Positions 12,132-23,089 of a stretch of 64,000 nt of DNA are shown piece after piece (within the stretch, counting starts at the first letter, position 1; the number at the start of each line of letters is the position of its first letter). The stretch covers positions 5,890,001 through 5,954,000 of the forward strand of contig OY740804.1 of the NCBI GenBank assembly GCA_963514005.1. Reading direction: 5' to 3'. The stretch comes from Raja brachyura. Taxonomy: Eukaryota. Position numbers and translations under genes: made by a program. The notes under the pieces are model-generated. The model had not been told where the DNA came from, made no database searches, and saw only the letters and a list, made by a program, of their open reading frames with translations.

Positions 12132-12173
12132 AAACGCGATGAATCAGAACTTCGCCACACGGCCCGCCAATGA
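12132..12173 (+). CDS. Putative terminal cytoplasmic exon, copy B (KRDESELRHTARQ*)
   Basis: ggcttttgcag acceptor, phase 0, homologous to 1335-1382. Confidence 0.5.
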   Translation, partial: KRDESELRHTARQ

Positions 12174-12279
12174 CAATGAAGACGCCTAGCTTGCACCAAC
12201 ATCGAAGGAATTCTGCACGGCAATCAAATATATGTATATCATCCAGCTTTGTCAACTGCTATCAATTGATCAGAATATA

Positions 12280-12413
12280 GTGTTAAAGAAGGAACTGCAG
12301 ATGCTGGAGAATCGAGGGTTACACAAAAAGCTGGAGAAACTCAGCGGGTGCAGCAGCATCTAAGGAGTGAAGGAGATAGGCGACATTTCGGGTCGAGACC
12401 CTTCTTCAGACCA
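12280..12413 (-). mobile_element. Hammerhead-bearing short element with 12-bp TSD
   Basis: GATCAGAATATA at 12268-12279 and 12414-12425; empty site in the paralog near 1470-1483. Confidence 0.85.
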
Positions 12414-13515
12414 GATCAGAATATATGTCTCTTGTCAATAAACCATTGATTTCATGAAAGTGACTTCAAAGCAAGGTTGCCAGACGTCAAGATGATCTGT
12501 TTCCAAAACCCGGTCCCCGCTCTTATCTTACTTTTCGTCACCTCCCCCAAAGTTTCTATCGTCACCTTAGTGCGATTATCTAACCGTAGCATAGTTTCCA
12601 ACTGCTCTAGTTAACTAATCGTGTTAAACTCTGTTCTATGCATTCAATTTACTGGAATCGGTTTTTTTTTCTCAATGAAATGAATAATAATGCAAATTAT
12701 ATGAATGCTTCATAATAAACTGTTGCTGTCAATGCAAGTTTGTCTCATTTGTTTTATTTAGACTGAAACTTTAGTGATGTAGAACAGATTGCATTCAGAG
12801 TGCTGATATTCCACTTGTTGCCAACGGTTCAGGACTAAAAGGAAAGGCATTCAATTAATATTTTAAACCATGCTATCCCATGATAACAAAATGATGTAAC
12901 AACATTGTTCTGAATATTAGCGTTATTTAACTCTCCACAGATACTGCCTGACGCTGAGCACATCCAACATCCGCAGATTTCATTTCCAAAATGTAACTTT
13001 TTATTTGACTGAGTGCTTGAAACAGACAGCATGGATACAGACCATTCGGTCCAACGAGTCCACATCAACCACCAATTAACCCTTTCACATTAGTTTTATA
13101 TACGCCCACGGTCACGTCCTTTGAGTTCAGTAACATTGGTAAACATTTTAATGCTGAAACGAGTTATCCAATGTGCCGTGCGTGCAAATGCGTTAAAGGA
13201 CTGTAAATTGTGAAAGTCTATTCTTGTGCAGAACAAAATGGTTGAGTTGCAGTTTGCAAAGCGCGGGGTGTGAAACTGCAAATACATTGTGTTGCTTTCC
13301 TCAGTCTGACTTGTGACCGCAACCCCGCCCAGGAAACAACAGTGAAGGACGTTGTTTGAAAATTTGGAAAAGATGACCTGCAATAATGGAGTCACGACCA
13401 TAAAGTTAAAAAAAAGTCAAAGAAAGTTTCGGGTAAAAGCCTCACAGACAATGGCCAATGGTCTTCACACAATAAGCGGGGACACGCGGAAATTAGACCA
13501 GGGGCTGCTTTGAAC

Positions 13516-13558
13516 CAAAGATCCTATAGCGGATCCACAGCTTGCTATAGGATCTTTG
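13516..13558. mobile_element. 43-bp mini-MITE, 15-bp perfect TIR, 8-bp TSD
   Basis: ctttgaac-CAAAGATCCTATAGC...GCTATAGGATCTTTG-ctttgaac. Confidence 0.8.
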
Positions 13559-13958
13559 CTTTGAACTTACAAACTCCCAGGTCAGGGATATCCGAGGGGT
13601 GCTGAATAGCCAGAGATACTTGCATATTCTGTGGTCACATTGATGCTGCCTGGCCCGTTCAACGCGAGCTTGTTAATGGTCTAATGTGAAGAATGATCTT
13701 GAATTGGAGCCTTTCCCCACTGCAAGACGTCCCAACGTGCCTCACAGATAGTGAGAGATAAACGGTCTGAGATGCCACAGATAGACAGACACAAAACGCT
13801 GGAGTAACGTTTCGGGTCTAAACCATTCCAGACACCAAAGTTGCTTTTAGAGGCGGGTACTGGCTTGGAATGTGCTTTAATCTAATATGTCCAATTTTCT
13901 TACACTGAATTGTTCTGCACTTTGATAGAGCCGTTGAAACGAGGATGTGTACATTCGT

Positions 13959-14115
13959 TGATACACAAAAGGCTGGAGAAACTCAGCGGGTGCAGCAGCA
14001 TCTAAGGAGCGAAGGAGATAGGCGACGTTTCGGGTCGAGACCCTTCTTCAGACGAGTTTCTCCAGCCTTTTGTGTACCCTCGATTCTCCAGCATCTGCAG
14101 TTCCTTCTTTAACAC
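13959..14115 (-). mobile_element. Hammerhead-bearing foldback short element with 13-bp TSD
   Basis: TGTGTACATTCGT at 13946-13958 and 14116-14128. Intact core on the - strand at 14023-14053. Empty site near 4859-4871. Confidence 0.85.
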
Positions 14116-14778
14116 TGTGTACATTCGTATCTTTGAACCGCATCATGTGAGCAGCTCGTTGTAATGGTGTTTCGAGAAGTCATGGGTCAAAATGCTGAAA
14201 ATAAATTGTTTTGCAACGCCCATCGGTTCCACTCTGCAGCGTGTTTAGTTGAGCAAGTAAATAGGAAATAGCTTCTCAGCAAAGATCCTTTACCGAGGGT
14301 CGCCAACGCTCAGATTACACCAGTGGCGGACACATCCGTGTGCCGCACCCATACCACGTGATGCACAACACTGCCACAGATGTGCAACTAGGGTTGCCAA
14401 CTTTCTCACTCCCAAATAAGGGACAAAAGGTCAAAATGAGGGACAAATTCCAGACGGCAATTTGTTGACCGACGGCCGTGACTGGGTGGCTACCTGTCCA
14501 AATCTCTAATTCAATACCCCTTATTCATTTCGCCCACCCCTCACCTCTATCCACCCATTACATGCCAGGCTTTGTCTTACCCCACCTCTTTTCCAGTATA
14601 ATTCCCCTCACCATCAGTTTGAAGAAGGCTCCCAGCCGGAAACGTCACCTGTCCATGTCCTCCAAAGATGCTGCATGACTCACTGAGATCCTCCAGACAT
14701 GATATCCTACGTAGAAAATTATGCTGTCTATCCCTATTCAAAAACCTGTCTATAACAAAGCCTTGTGTAAAAGTGAAA

Positions 14779-14804
14779 GCCCGAACAGGGACTTGAACCC
14801 TGGA
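14779..14804 (-). pseudogene. tRNA-Lys(UUU) 3'-half fragment
   Basis: Minus strand TCCAGGGTTCAAGTCCCTGTTCGGGC matches the vertebrate tRNA-Lys3 T-arm/acceptor and is followed by tttcactttt. The 5' half is absent. Confidence 0.7.
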
Positions 14805-15399
14805 GAAGAGTTCACAGTTAGAGACAAAGATGGTGAAGGGAATAAGATCATAAAACATTTCATCGACTGTATTTTAAAGAACATAAACAATTAAGAACTA
14901 GAGAAAAAAATATTTCAGCGATTAGTTCCACCGTTCTTACAGTACGCTGTAAAAGGCAGTATTCTGTAAAACCCATAATAAACAACAACAAAAAGTCCAG
15001 TATATTTATAAAAACACAAACAGACAAACCAAGAAACAATAATATTGCAAAGTCACAAGTATTGCCCATGAGGCTGTATAATTCGGAGCCTATTTAAATG
15101 TCCATAATTTATGGTGGAATATCAGACGTACTGACGAATATTTATCTAGCAGAATGGTGCAGGTCAAAGAGACATGAGAAGACAAGCCATAATGCATTTG
15201 AGTTTGATTTTCTGTCTTTACACATCTACACATTGTAGCAGCATCCTGAATCAAAATGTTACATATTCCTGTTGTACATAGCTGCTGCTTGACCCTCTTT
15301 TGTTCCTCCAGCACTTTGTGTTTTTCTTTTGTAAACCCCTGCATCTGGCGTTCCTTGCATCCACACATACCTAACCATTTCTGCTGTGGAAACAATATT

Positions 15400-16490
15400 C
15401 ATAGAAACATAGAAACATTGAAAATAGGTGCAGGAGAAGGCCATTCGGCCCTTCGAGCCAGCACCACCATTCATTGTGATCATGACTGATTGTCGGCTAT
15501 CTATAACCCGTGCCTGCCTTTTCCCCACATCCCTTGACTTCACTCGCCCCTGGAGCTCTATCTTACTCTCTCTTAAACCATCCAGTGATTTGGCCCCCAC
15601 TGCCCTCTGTGGCAGGGAATTCCATAAATTCACAACTCTCTGGGTGAAAAAGTTGCGTCTTAAATGGCCTCCACTTTATTCTAAACTCTGGCCCCTGGTT
15701 CTTGACCCAACATTGGGAACATTTTTCCTGCATCTAGCTTGTCCAATCGTTTTATAATTTTGTATGTTTCTATAAGATCCCCCTCATCCTTCCAAACTCC
15801 AGTGAATACAAGCCTAGTCATTTCAATCTTACCTCATATGACAGTCCCGCCATCCCAGGGATCAATCTCGTGAAGGTACGCTGCACTGCCTCAATCACAA
15901 GGATGTCCTTCTTCAAATTAGGAGACCAAAATTGTACACAATACTCCAGATGTGGTCTCACCAGAGCCCTATACAACTGCACAAGAACCTCTTTACTCCT
16001 GTACTGAAATCCTCTTGTTATGAAGGCCAACATTCCATTAGCTTTCTTCATTGCCTGCTGTACCTGCACGCCAACTTTCAGTGACTGGTGTACAAGGACG
16101 CCCAGGTCTCGCTGTACCTCCCCCTTACCTAACCTAACCCCATTTAGATAATAATCTGCCCCCTTGTTTTTGCCGCCAAAGTGGATAACCTCACATTTAT
16201 CTATATTATACTGCATCTGCCCACTCACTCAACCTGTCCAGGTCCCCCTGAAACCTCCTAACATCCCCTTCACAGTTCACACTGCCACCCAGCTTTGTGT
16301 CATCTGCAAACTTGCTAGTGTTGCTCCTAATTCCCTCTTCCAAATCATTAATATATATGGTAAACAGTTGCGGCCCCAACACTGAGCCTTGTGGCACTCC
16401 ACTCGCCACTGCCTGCCATTCTGAAAAGGACCCGTTCACTCCTATTCTTTGTTTCCTGTCTGCCAACCAATTTCCTATCCATGTCAATTC
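15400..16490 (-). mobile_element. CR1 LINE 3' part (RT C-terminus)
   Basis: GVPQGSVLGP, KFADDTKL, LVRPHLEYCVQFW; (atagaaac)n tail. Confidence 0.95.
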
Positions 16491-16526
16491 GAGTCTCAAA
16501 CTGATAATTAATAGGCTTTCACTCAC

Positions 16527-16572
16527 CAGGCAGGGAATAAATGAGAAGCAACGGAATCCATATTGTTTTCAT
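16527..16572 (-). pseudogene. Orphan leader exon of the same Ig-receptor family (MKTIWIPLLLIYSLP)
   Basis: gccATG...CCT G|gtgagtgaaagcc. Homologous to 5673-5721 including the intron start. No V exon found downstream. Confidence 0.75.
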
Positions 16573-16859
16573 GGCAGAGACCAGGTCAACCGCTCAGTTT
16601 TGGTCAGATGCTCAAATTTTGTTCCTCAGAACTAACAACCGAAAACTAAACATCCACAAACTAAACCATAGATGCTGCCTTACCCGCTGAGTTTCTCCAG
16701 CATTTTGTGTCAACCTAAAATGAAATTTACATCTCACCTTCTTGGAGTCAGGAGTGGTTATTGCACAGCGGAGGCAGGTTCACAAAAAGAGATGAATGGT
16801 GTCGAAAATATATGGACCATATTATTTTTTTTATCACATTTCCTCCATGAAACTTCCCA

Positions 16860-17230
16860 AATACTGATAGGCCTAGATAAAGTGAATATGGAGAAGATAT
16901 TTCCACTAGTGATTCTAGGGAGATTCTAGGACCAGAGGCCATAGCCTCAGAATAGAAGGACGCACCTCTAGACAGGATATGAAGAGGAATTTCTTTAGTC
17001 AGCGGTTGGCGCAGCTGTGGAATTAATTGCCAGAGATAGTTGAGTAGGCCAGGTCAATTGATATTTTAAAGGCAGAGATTGACAGGTTCTTAATTAGTAA
17101 GGGTGTCAGGGATAATGGGGAGAATACAGGAGAATGGAGTTGAGGGGGAAAGATAGATCAGCCATGATTGAATGGCAGAGTAGACATGATGGGCAGAATG
17201 GCTTAATACTGCTCCTATAACTTATGATCA
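16860..17230 (+). mobile_element. CR1 3' fragment
   Basis: Similar to CR1 3' ends elsewhere in the window. Confidence 0.75.
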
Positions 17231-17253
17231 TTAACTTATAAAGTAAAACTTAC

Positions 17254-17520
17254 CAATGCCGATGTATTGTACCAGAGAACCACAATTCCTTGCTCTGTTC
17301 AAGATTGACACACCCATACTTCACTTGTTGTTCATTCTAGTTTATTTGAGGCTGCTTGCCATGTTGCTTGAATGACTGATGATGTCAATTCATGTCAGAA
17401 ACTATTGCCAAATATATATATATATAGAAAGGCAAGAGTACCAGAAGAGTCATGGACCATTGAAGATAAGTGAGATCTGGTGATGACAGAAATCCAGGCA
17501 CATGGATGGACACAGGTTTT
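17254..17520 (-). pseudogene. Degenerate C2 exon (PVSIHVPGFLSSP...AASNKLE*TTSEV...NCGSLVQYIGI)
   Basis: ctctctag acceptor and G|gtaagt donor; frameshifts and stops; aligns to 9218-9538. Confidence 0.75.
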
Positions 17521-17569
17521 CTAGAGAGAAGGATCAAACATTAACTCTTATTTATTCACTAGATCCAAT

Positions 17570-17714
17570 CTAGACTGAATTAGAGAGAGTGTTTTCATGC
17601 CATATATAGAGAGTGGGAAGAGATCAAGGACAGATTCACAGCACAATGATGGAATCGCCAAGAAATGAGATTTGGTGGTGACAGAAATCCAGACACAGGA
17701 AAGGACACAGGTTC
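17570..17714 (-). pseudogene. Second degenerate C2 exon fragment (EPVSFPVSGFLSPPN..CESVL..SLPTLYIW)
   Basis: Aligns to the 5' half of 9218-9538; acceptor mutated; frameshifted. Confidence 0.7.
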
Positions 17715-20547
17715 CATGGAGAAAAATCAGACACGCACTGATATATTGTACTCCTGCGCTGAATCTAATCTAAATCAAATATTTAAACAAAAGAGAAAAA
17801 TATGCAATATCTTTCAAAAGCACCTGGAAGACGATGCAAAATTGAGTTTGAAATTTATTTGAATGTAATCCTCACAACTTTCAACAGATGGAGTTAATCA
17901 ACCAATAAATTATTTTAAGCTTGCAGTTAGGTTGGTTTAATGCACTTGATCTTGATTACAATATCATCTAACACCTATATTTGTATTTAAACCTGGTTAA
18001 CAAACTTGGTTACACATTAATTTTATCTTCTTTTCAATAAAAATAAAAGGTGTTCCAATGATCCAGTTGCTCATTCTATGCAGCAAAGCCATCAGAAACA
18101 ACATTCATGGCTGTTTTCAGACAAATTATTGAAACCTCGCTGAATCTTTGCTTATAACTGTAGCCTCCAATCTAGGAATCTTCTCAAGACTTTAGACCTT
18201 CGAGATACAGTCTGGAAACAGGCCTTTTATCGCAATGAGTATGGGGCGATCAGCTATCTCCTTACAATAGTTCTATCGTACACATTACAGGTAAAAATAA
18301 TGTGATATGCATTAAAAATTCCTAAGCCAATGTTGCTTTAATACTATTTTCTAAGTAACCATGACACTAAAGTGAAGGTATTTGGGGATTACAGACATCT
18401 GTATAATCTGTATTACAAATCCCATTTATACTAATAAGCAACAAGGTGTAATATTTCTTCAACCTATGTGATCCGATCAAAAACTTGACTTTCTTTACAC
18501 AGAGAAGAACTCTTTGATTGTTGCAAGACCCAGGGAAATATAATTGCACTGACTGCAGATGCCACTGCTGGCTGTAACGTACAACACAATACTGTTAACA
18601 ATGCCAGCAACATTTGTACAAGCCACATGAACCACCGCATGAAACTTACAGTGAAGGAGTGAGTTTCCACACAGGGTTTACACTTGCTGAACCTATAATC
18701 ACTCTTACACCTACAACCTGTCAGGCTTTGTTCCACCCTCCTCTCTTCCATCTTGCTCCCCACCCCACCACCAAATCAGTAAGGGTCCCAACATGTACCA
18801 TTACCCAGCCATGTGCTCCTGAGATGTTGCCTGACCCGTTGTTACTCCAGCACTTTGTGTCTCTTCTCTTCTGCTGTGAATCAGCATCTGCAGGTCCTTG
18901 TTTCTGTACTTTACACTTGCTTGTTGGTTATTGTTGGTTAACAAACTGGCGGGAATCTACTTGTTTCACCCCAGTAAATCATTGTCAATAAAAATGAAGT
19001 AGTTTCCAGACTGTAATTTACAATATCAGCAGCATATAATTACAAACATTTTCCAAAAGGAACATTTTCAAGAAACAAAAAAGATATAATAATGAATCTC
19101 GCATGGATTTCAAAAGGAAAATCTTACTTGAATAACCTTATTTTTTAGAGTGAAAGGAGAGGCGACAGTAAGATTGAAGTAATTTATTTAGATTTTCAAA
19201 GGACATCATTCAAGTACCTCATGATAGATATAATGTCACAGAATGAGGAACAAGGGAACTAATAGTAAAATGGTGAGCTAGTTGGCAATAGACAATAGAC
19301 AATATGTGCATGAATAGGCCATTCGGCCCTTGGTGCTAGCACCGCTATTCATGTAATCATGGCTGATCATCCACAATCAGTACCCCTTCAATCTAAGCAT
19401 CAATAGCTTCAATCTAGAAAACAAAGAGTGAGAGGAAAGAGTAGTTGATCACATATGAACACAACAAACAGAAAACCCATAGGTTGGAAGACGCAGTCTC
19501 AACACAAGCCCTCAACAACAACAGTCTGAAGAAGGGCCCAAACACCGAAACGTCACCTATCTATGTTCTCCAGAGATGCTGCCTGATCCACTGAGTTACC
19601 TCAGCAGTTTGTGTCCTTTTAGCCTCTACACTATAGCACTATGGAGTGGCTTCACTGGCTCCCTCTGTGTTTGCAGTTGAACAATCTACTCTTGTACTCA
19701 TATTCTCTGTCGTTAAAAACCAATGTACAATTTACCTTCCTAATTGCTTCCTATACATGCACATTAACTTTATGAGTCGTGCAGAGGGTCACCCAGAGTC
19801 CTCTGGAAATAAACACCTTTTTGCCCCTCACTATTAAATAAAAACAAATATTTTTCCTGCCAAGGTGTACGACCTCAATTTTTTCCACACTGTATTCCAT
19901 CTGCCATGTTCAGGTTCATTAGTATAGTGTGTTACACTGGCATGGACTGGTGGGCTTACTAGCATTGTCTATGCCATTTATCCTACACAATTTCATAGAA
20001 TTGCAAGAATCAAAACTACTCTGTTATTCAGGTAGTCTTGAGGATAAAGCAACCCACTTCAAAATAATTTATCATTTTGAACATTCATTCGCCCCATTGC
20101 CAATACACTAAGGCTATAGAACGCATTATCTACAAAAGACATTGCAGTAAATCACTAAAATATATTTGGCAGCCCCTCCTTTTAAATCAAGTTAAAGTGA
20201 TTTTATCATACTGTTTTGTGAGGTTATTAGACTGTCGAGGACATATATATAAGGTGAGAGGGGAAAGATTTAGAAAGGACCTGAGGGACAACCTTTTACA
20301 CTCTGAACATTAATGAACTACAAGAGGAAGCTGTAAAGATTGTTACAATTACAATGTTTAAAGACATTTGAACAGGAACATGAATAGAAAAGATCTAGAG
20401 GCTGAATGCAATAAATGGGACTAGCTCAGATAGACATCTTGGTCAGTTGGATTGAAGGACTTTTTTCCACGCTGTGTAACTATGATTCTGCTGCCTCTAC
20501 TGATTATAGGATAATAATGGTGGCTAGGTGCCAATGACAAAGACAGA

Positions 20548-20868
20548 ACGGTGGTGCAGCGGTAGAGCTGCTGCCTTACAACGCTTGCAGCGCTGGAGAC
20601 CCGGATTCGATCCTGACTACGGGTGCTGTCTGTACAGTGTTTGTACGTTCTCCCCGTGACTTGCGTGGGTTTTCTCCAAGAAATTTGGTTTCCTCCCACA
20701 CTCCAAAGGCGCACAGATTTGTAGGTTAAGTGGCTTGGTAAAAATATAAATTGACCCTAGCGTGTGTAGGATAGTGTTAATGTACGGGAATCGCTGGTCG
20801 GCGTGGACTCGGTGGGCCGAAGGGCCTGTTTCTGCACTGTATCTCTAAAACTGAAACTAGAACTAAAA
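20548..20868 (+). mobile_element. tRNA-derived SINE (HE1/V-SINE-like)
   Basis: Same family as 4039-4350. Confidence 0.8.
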
Positions 20869-21479
20869 GTCAAGGGCAGCGGGCATCTGGTTAAGGCATT
20901 AGCTCCATGTTCCCTTTCAAGTCACTGCCTTCCTTGTCAATGGGGAAAATTCCTGGAAACACCAGGACTATCGTACTTGCAGCACTGGTCTTTGAAGTGC
21001 TTTGGCTAAATCGCTTTTAGAATACTGCTTACAGATGGCTCACCATTTCTAATGAGCTATTATTGACAATATTGAATACTCCCCTGGCCAGTGACATCTG
21101 CATCTCCATCTCTCTGCGTGGCGATGGAGAGTAGACATCTCCATTCAGTCTAATAAAAGAAGTACAACGACAATATTTTTAAAAACTCAGATAATTAGAT
21201 GTAGTTTTTCACACAAACAGTGAATATGCTTTGTGCTTTTCAATGTGAAAACTTTAGCTTGAGTGCAAGATGGTAATGTGTTATATACTGAGAATGCCAA
21301 GGAGATTTGGCAAAGTGCCAGATGAAAGGCAGTGAAAATAAAAGCTACATGGAATAGATCAGAAATGATTTAAAGCTGAGCATGGAAGTATTTGCTATTT
21401 AGTTATCTCTGGAAGGGGAGAAGTACTGAAACTTGCGTTGGGAATCATTGTTGCGACCTGTTTGCAAAGATGATGTGAA

Positions 21480-21668
21480 TTCAGCCAGACGAAGCCCACA
21501 TGGTCACCACACAAGAAGCACAAAACCCCACACAGACAGCACCTGAGATCAGGATCAACCAGAGGAAACCTACACAGTCGCAAGGAGAATGTGCAAACTC
21601 CACATCAGATGTCAAGTCCTCTGGCACTGTGAGGTACAGGTCTACCAGTTGTGCCACTGTGCCACCCA
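21480..21668 (-). mobile_element. Degenerate tRNA-derived SINE
   Basis: Reverse complement has ggcacagtggcacaactggtaga and gagtttgcacattctcc. Confidence 0.6.
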
Positions 21669-23089
21669 TTTGGAGGGCATGAATTGAACACTTTTTAGAG
21701 TAAAACTATAAGTTTGTTTACTCAGTCTGAGACCTAGCTAAAGCTAAAGAAAGTGATTTACTCTAAGATGTAAGAACAGGGGTAAGAAATTGATGTACGC
21801 CCATTTACCGAGGTCATGGGTGATTTTGACCCCATTTCCATTCCTGTAAAGTAAAGTCTTTAAATAAAAAGATCAATCAATTGCAAAATTAATAGCTAAC
21901 CAAAAAATAAATGTTTCTTGTTGAAACTGGAGGAAAACAATGTTGTGTACCAGCACGGTAGAGCCAGTTCAGACCATGTTTTGAAATCTGTTGCTTTTGA
22001 AAACTGGGCAGAATTTTGACTCATTCCAGCAGATGGTTGATGAAATTATATGTGGTTATAAATAATGGTGGTAGAAAATACTGAGAATGGCATGCCACAT
22101 GAGGTAGGAAGTTATATATGGAAATTAATGCAGAATCACAAAGGACAATTTCCTGGGCACCTAAGCACACTCTGACATGGTGAGTCAGAACTAACTGTCA
22201 CCACAAGCGTGAATTCTTAGTTCTTGGGTACACAAATATTGTTATATATAATTTCACAAGAGAGTTGGTAACCTTTAATTAGTTGGAGTATGTACTTTAG
22301 ATTGTAAACACGCTATCTCATTGAAATAGCACACCAAAAACGTCACTAACAAAGACACAAACTGATCGTCTTTTAACAGTCCAGCAAGTGAAACCTTACT
22401 TTTCATGTCATCTATAATTATTAACACATTTCTAACACAAAGTAAAATAAGGACTGTTCAAGCTAAAAATGGGTCTTCAATTTGTAGCAACTGACACAAT
22501 TCTAGTCAACAGTTTCAAATAATATCTTCAAAAGATGCCTTATACAGATCGATGAGTGTAATTCCATGTACAGAAAGCATTTAAGGAGATCAATAATGAA
22601 GTGAGATCTTCTGATTGTGATCTGGAAGTTTAGGTACAAACATTTGCTAATTATTGACCAGGATTGTATGCTTAATTGTAAAAACAATATTCTGTGTTAT
22701 TTTTAATGCTGATCTTTAGTTATACACAAGGGCTTTGGAATTTGGGTTAGTTATCAGCCTCTGCACTTTGCACCAGAATGATCAGTTGTGTGACACTAAA
22801 GCACAAAAAAGTTTCTAAACGTTCCCTAAATCACAAGAATAAGCCTAGTCTCTGCATTCACACTTCTAAAGCTAGATCCCTAACCTGATGCATAGTCTCT
22901 ACATGAAACCGCTATCCTTTTGGCTCCACAAATGCTGCCTCACCTGCTGAGTTCCTCCAGCAGCTTGTTTGTTATTTGCTCCAGGTTCAGGCATCTCCAG
23001 TCTCTTGTATCTCCAGTCCAAACATAAAGAGCGTCTGTTCATCTTCCTTGTTGTAGGGGATCAAGACTTCATAGTATTTTACTGCACAG

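Noticed and set aside
14775-14804. Retroviral tRNA-Lys3 primer-binding site
   Set aside because: Lacks TGG at the 5' end, no adjacent LTR seen, and the match extends beyond 18 nt.
18464-18660. Hydrophobic - strand ORF (RWFMWLVQMLLALLTVLCC) as a TM exon
   Set aside because: No convincing splice sites or clear homology to the TM exons at 627 and 10206.
22640-22800. Possible decayed V exon on the - strand (SHN*SFWCKVQR...ISIKNN)
   Set aside because: Resemblance too weak to support by eye; would need TBLASTN with the 7608-7928 domain.
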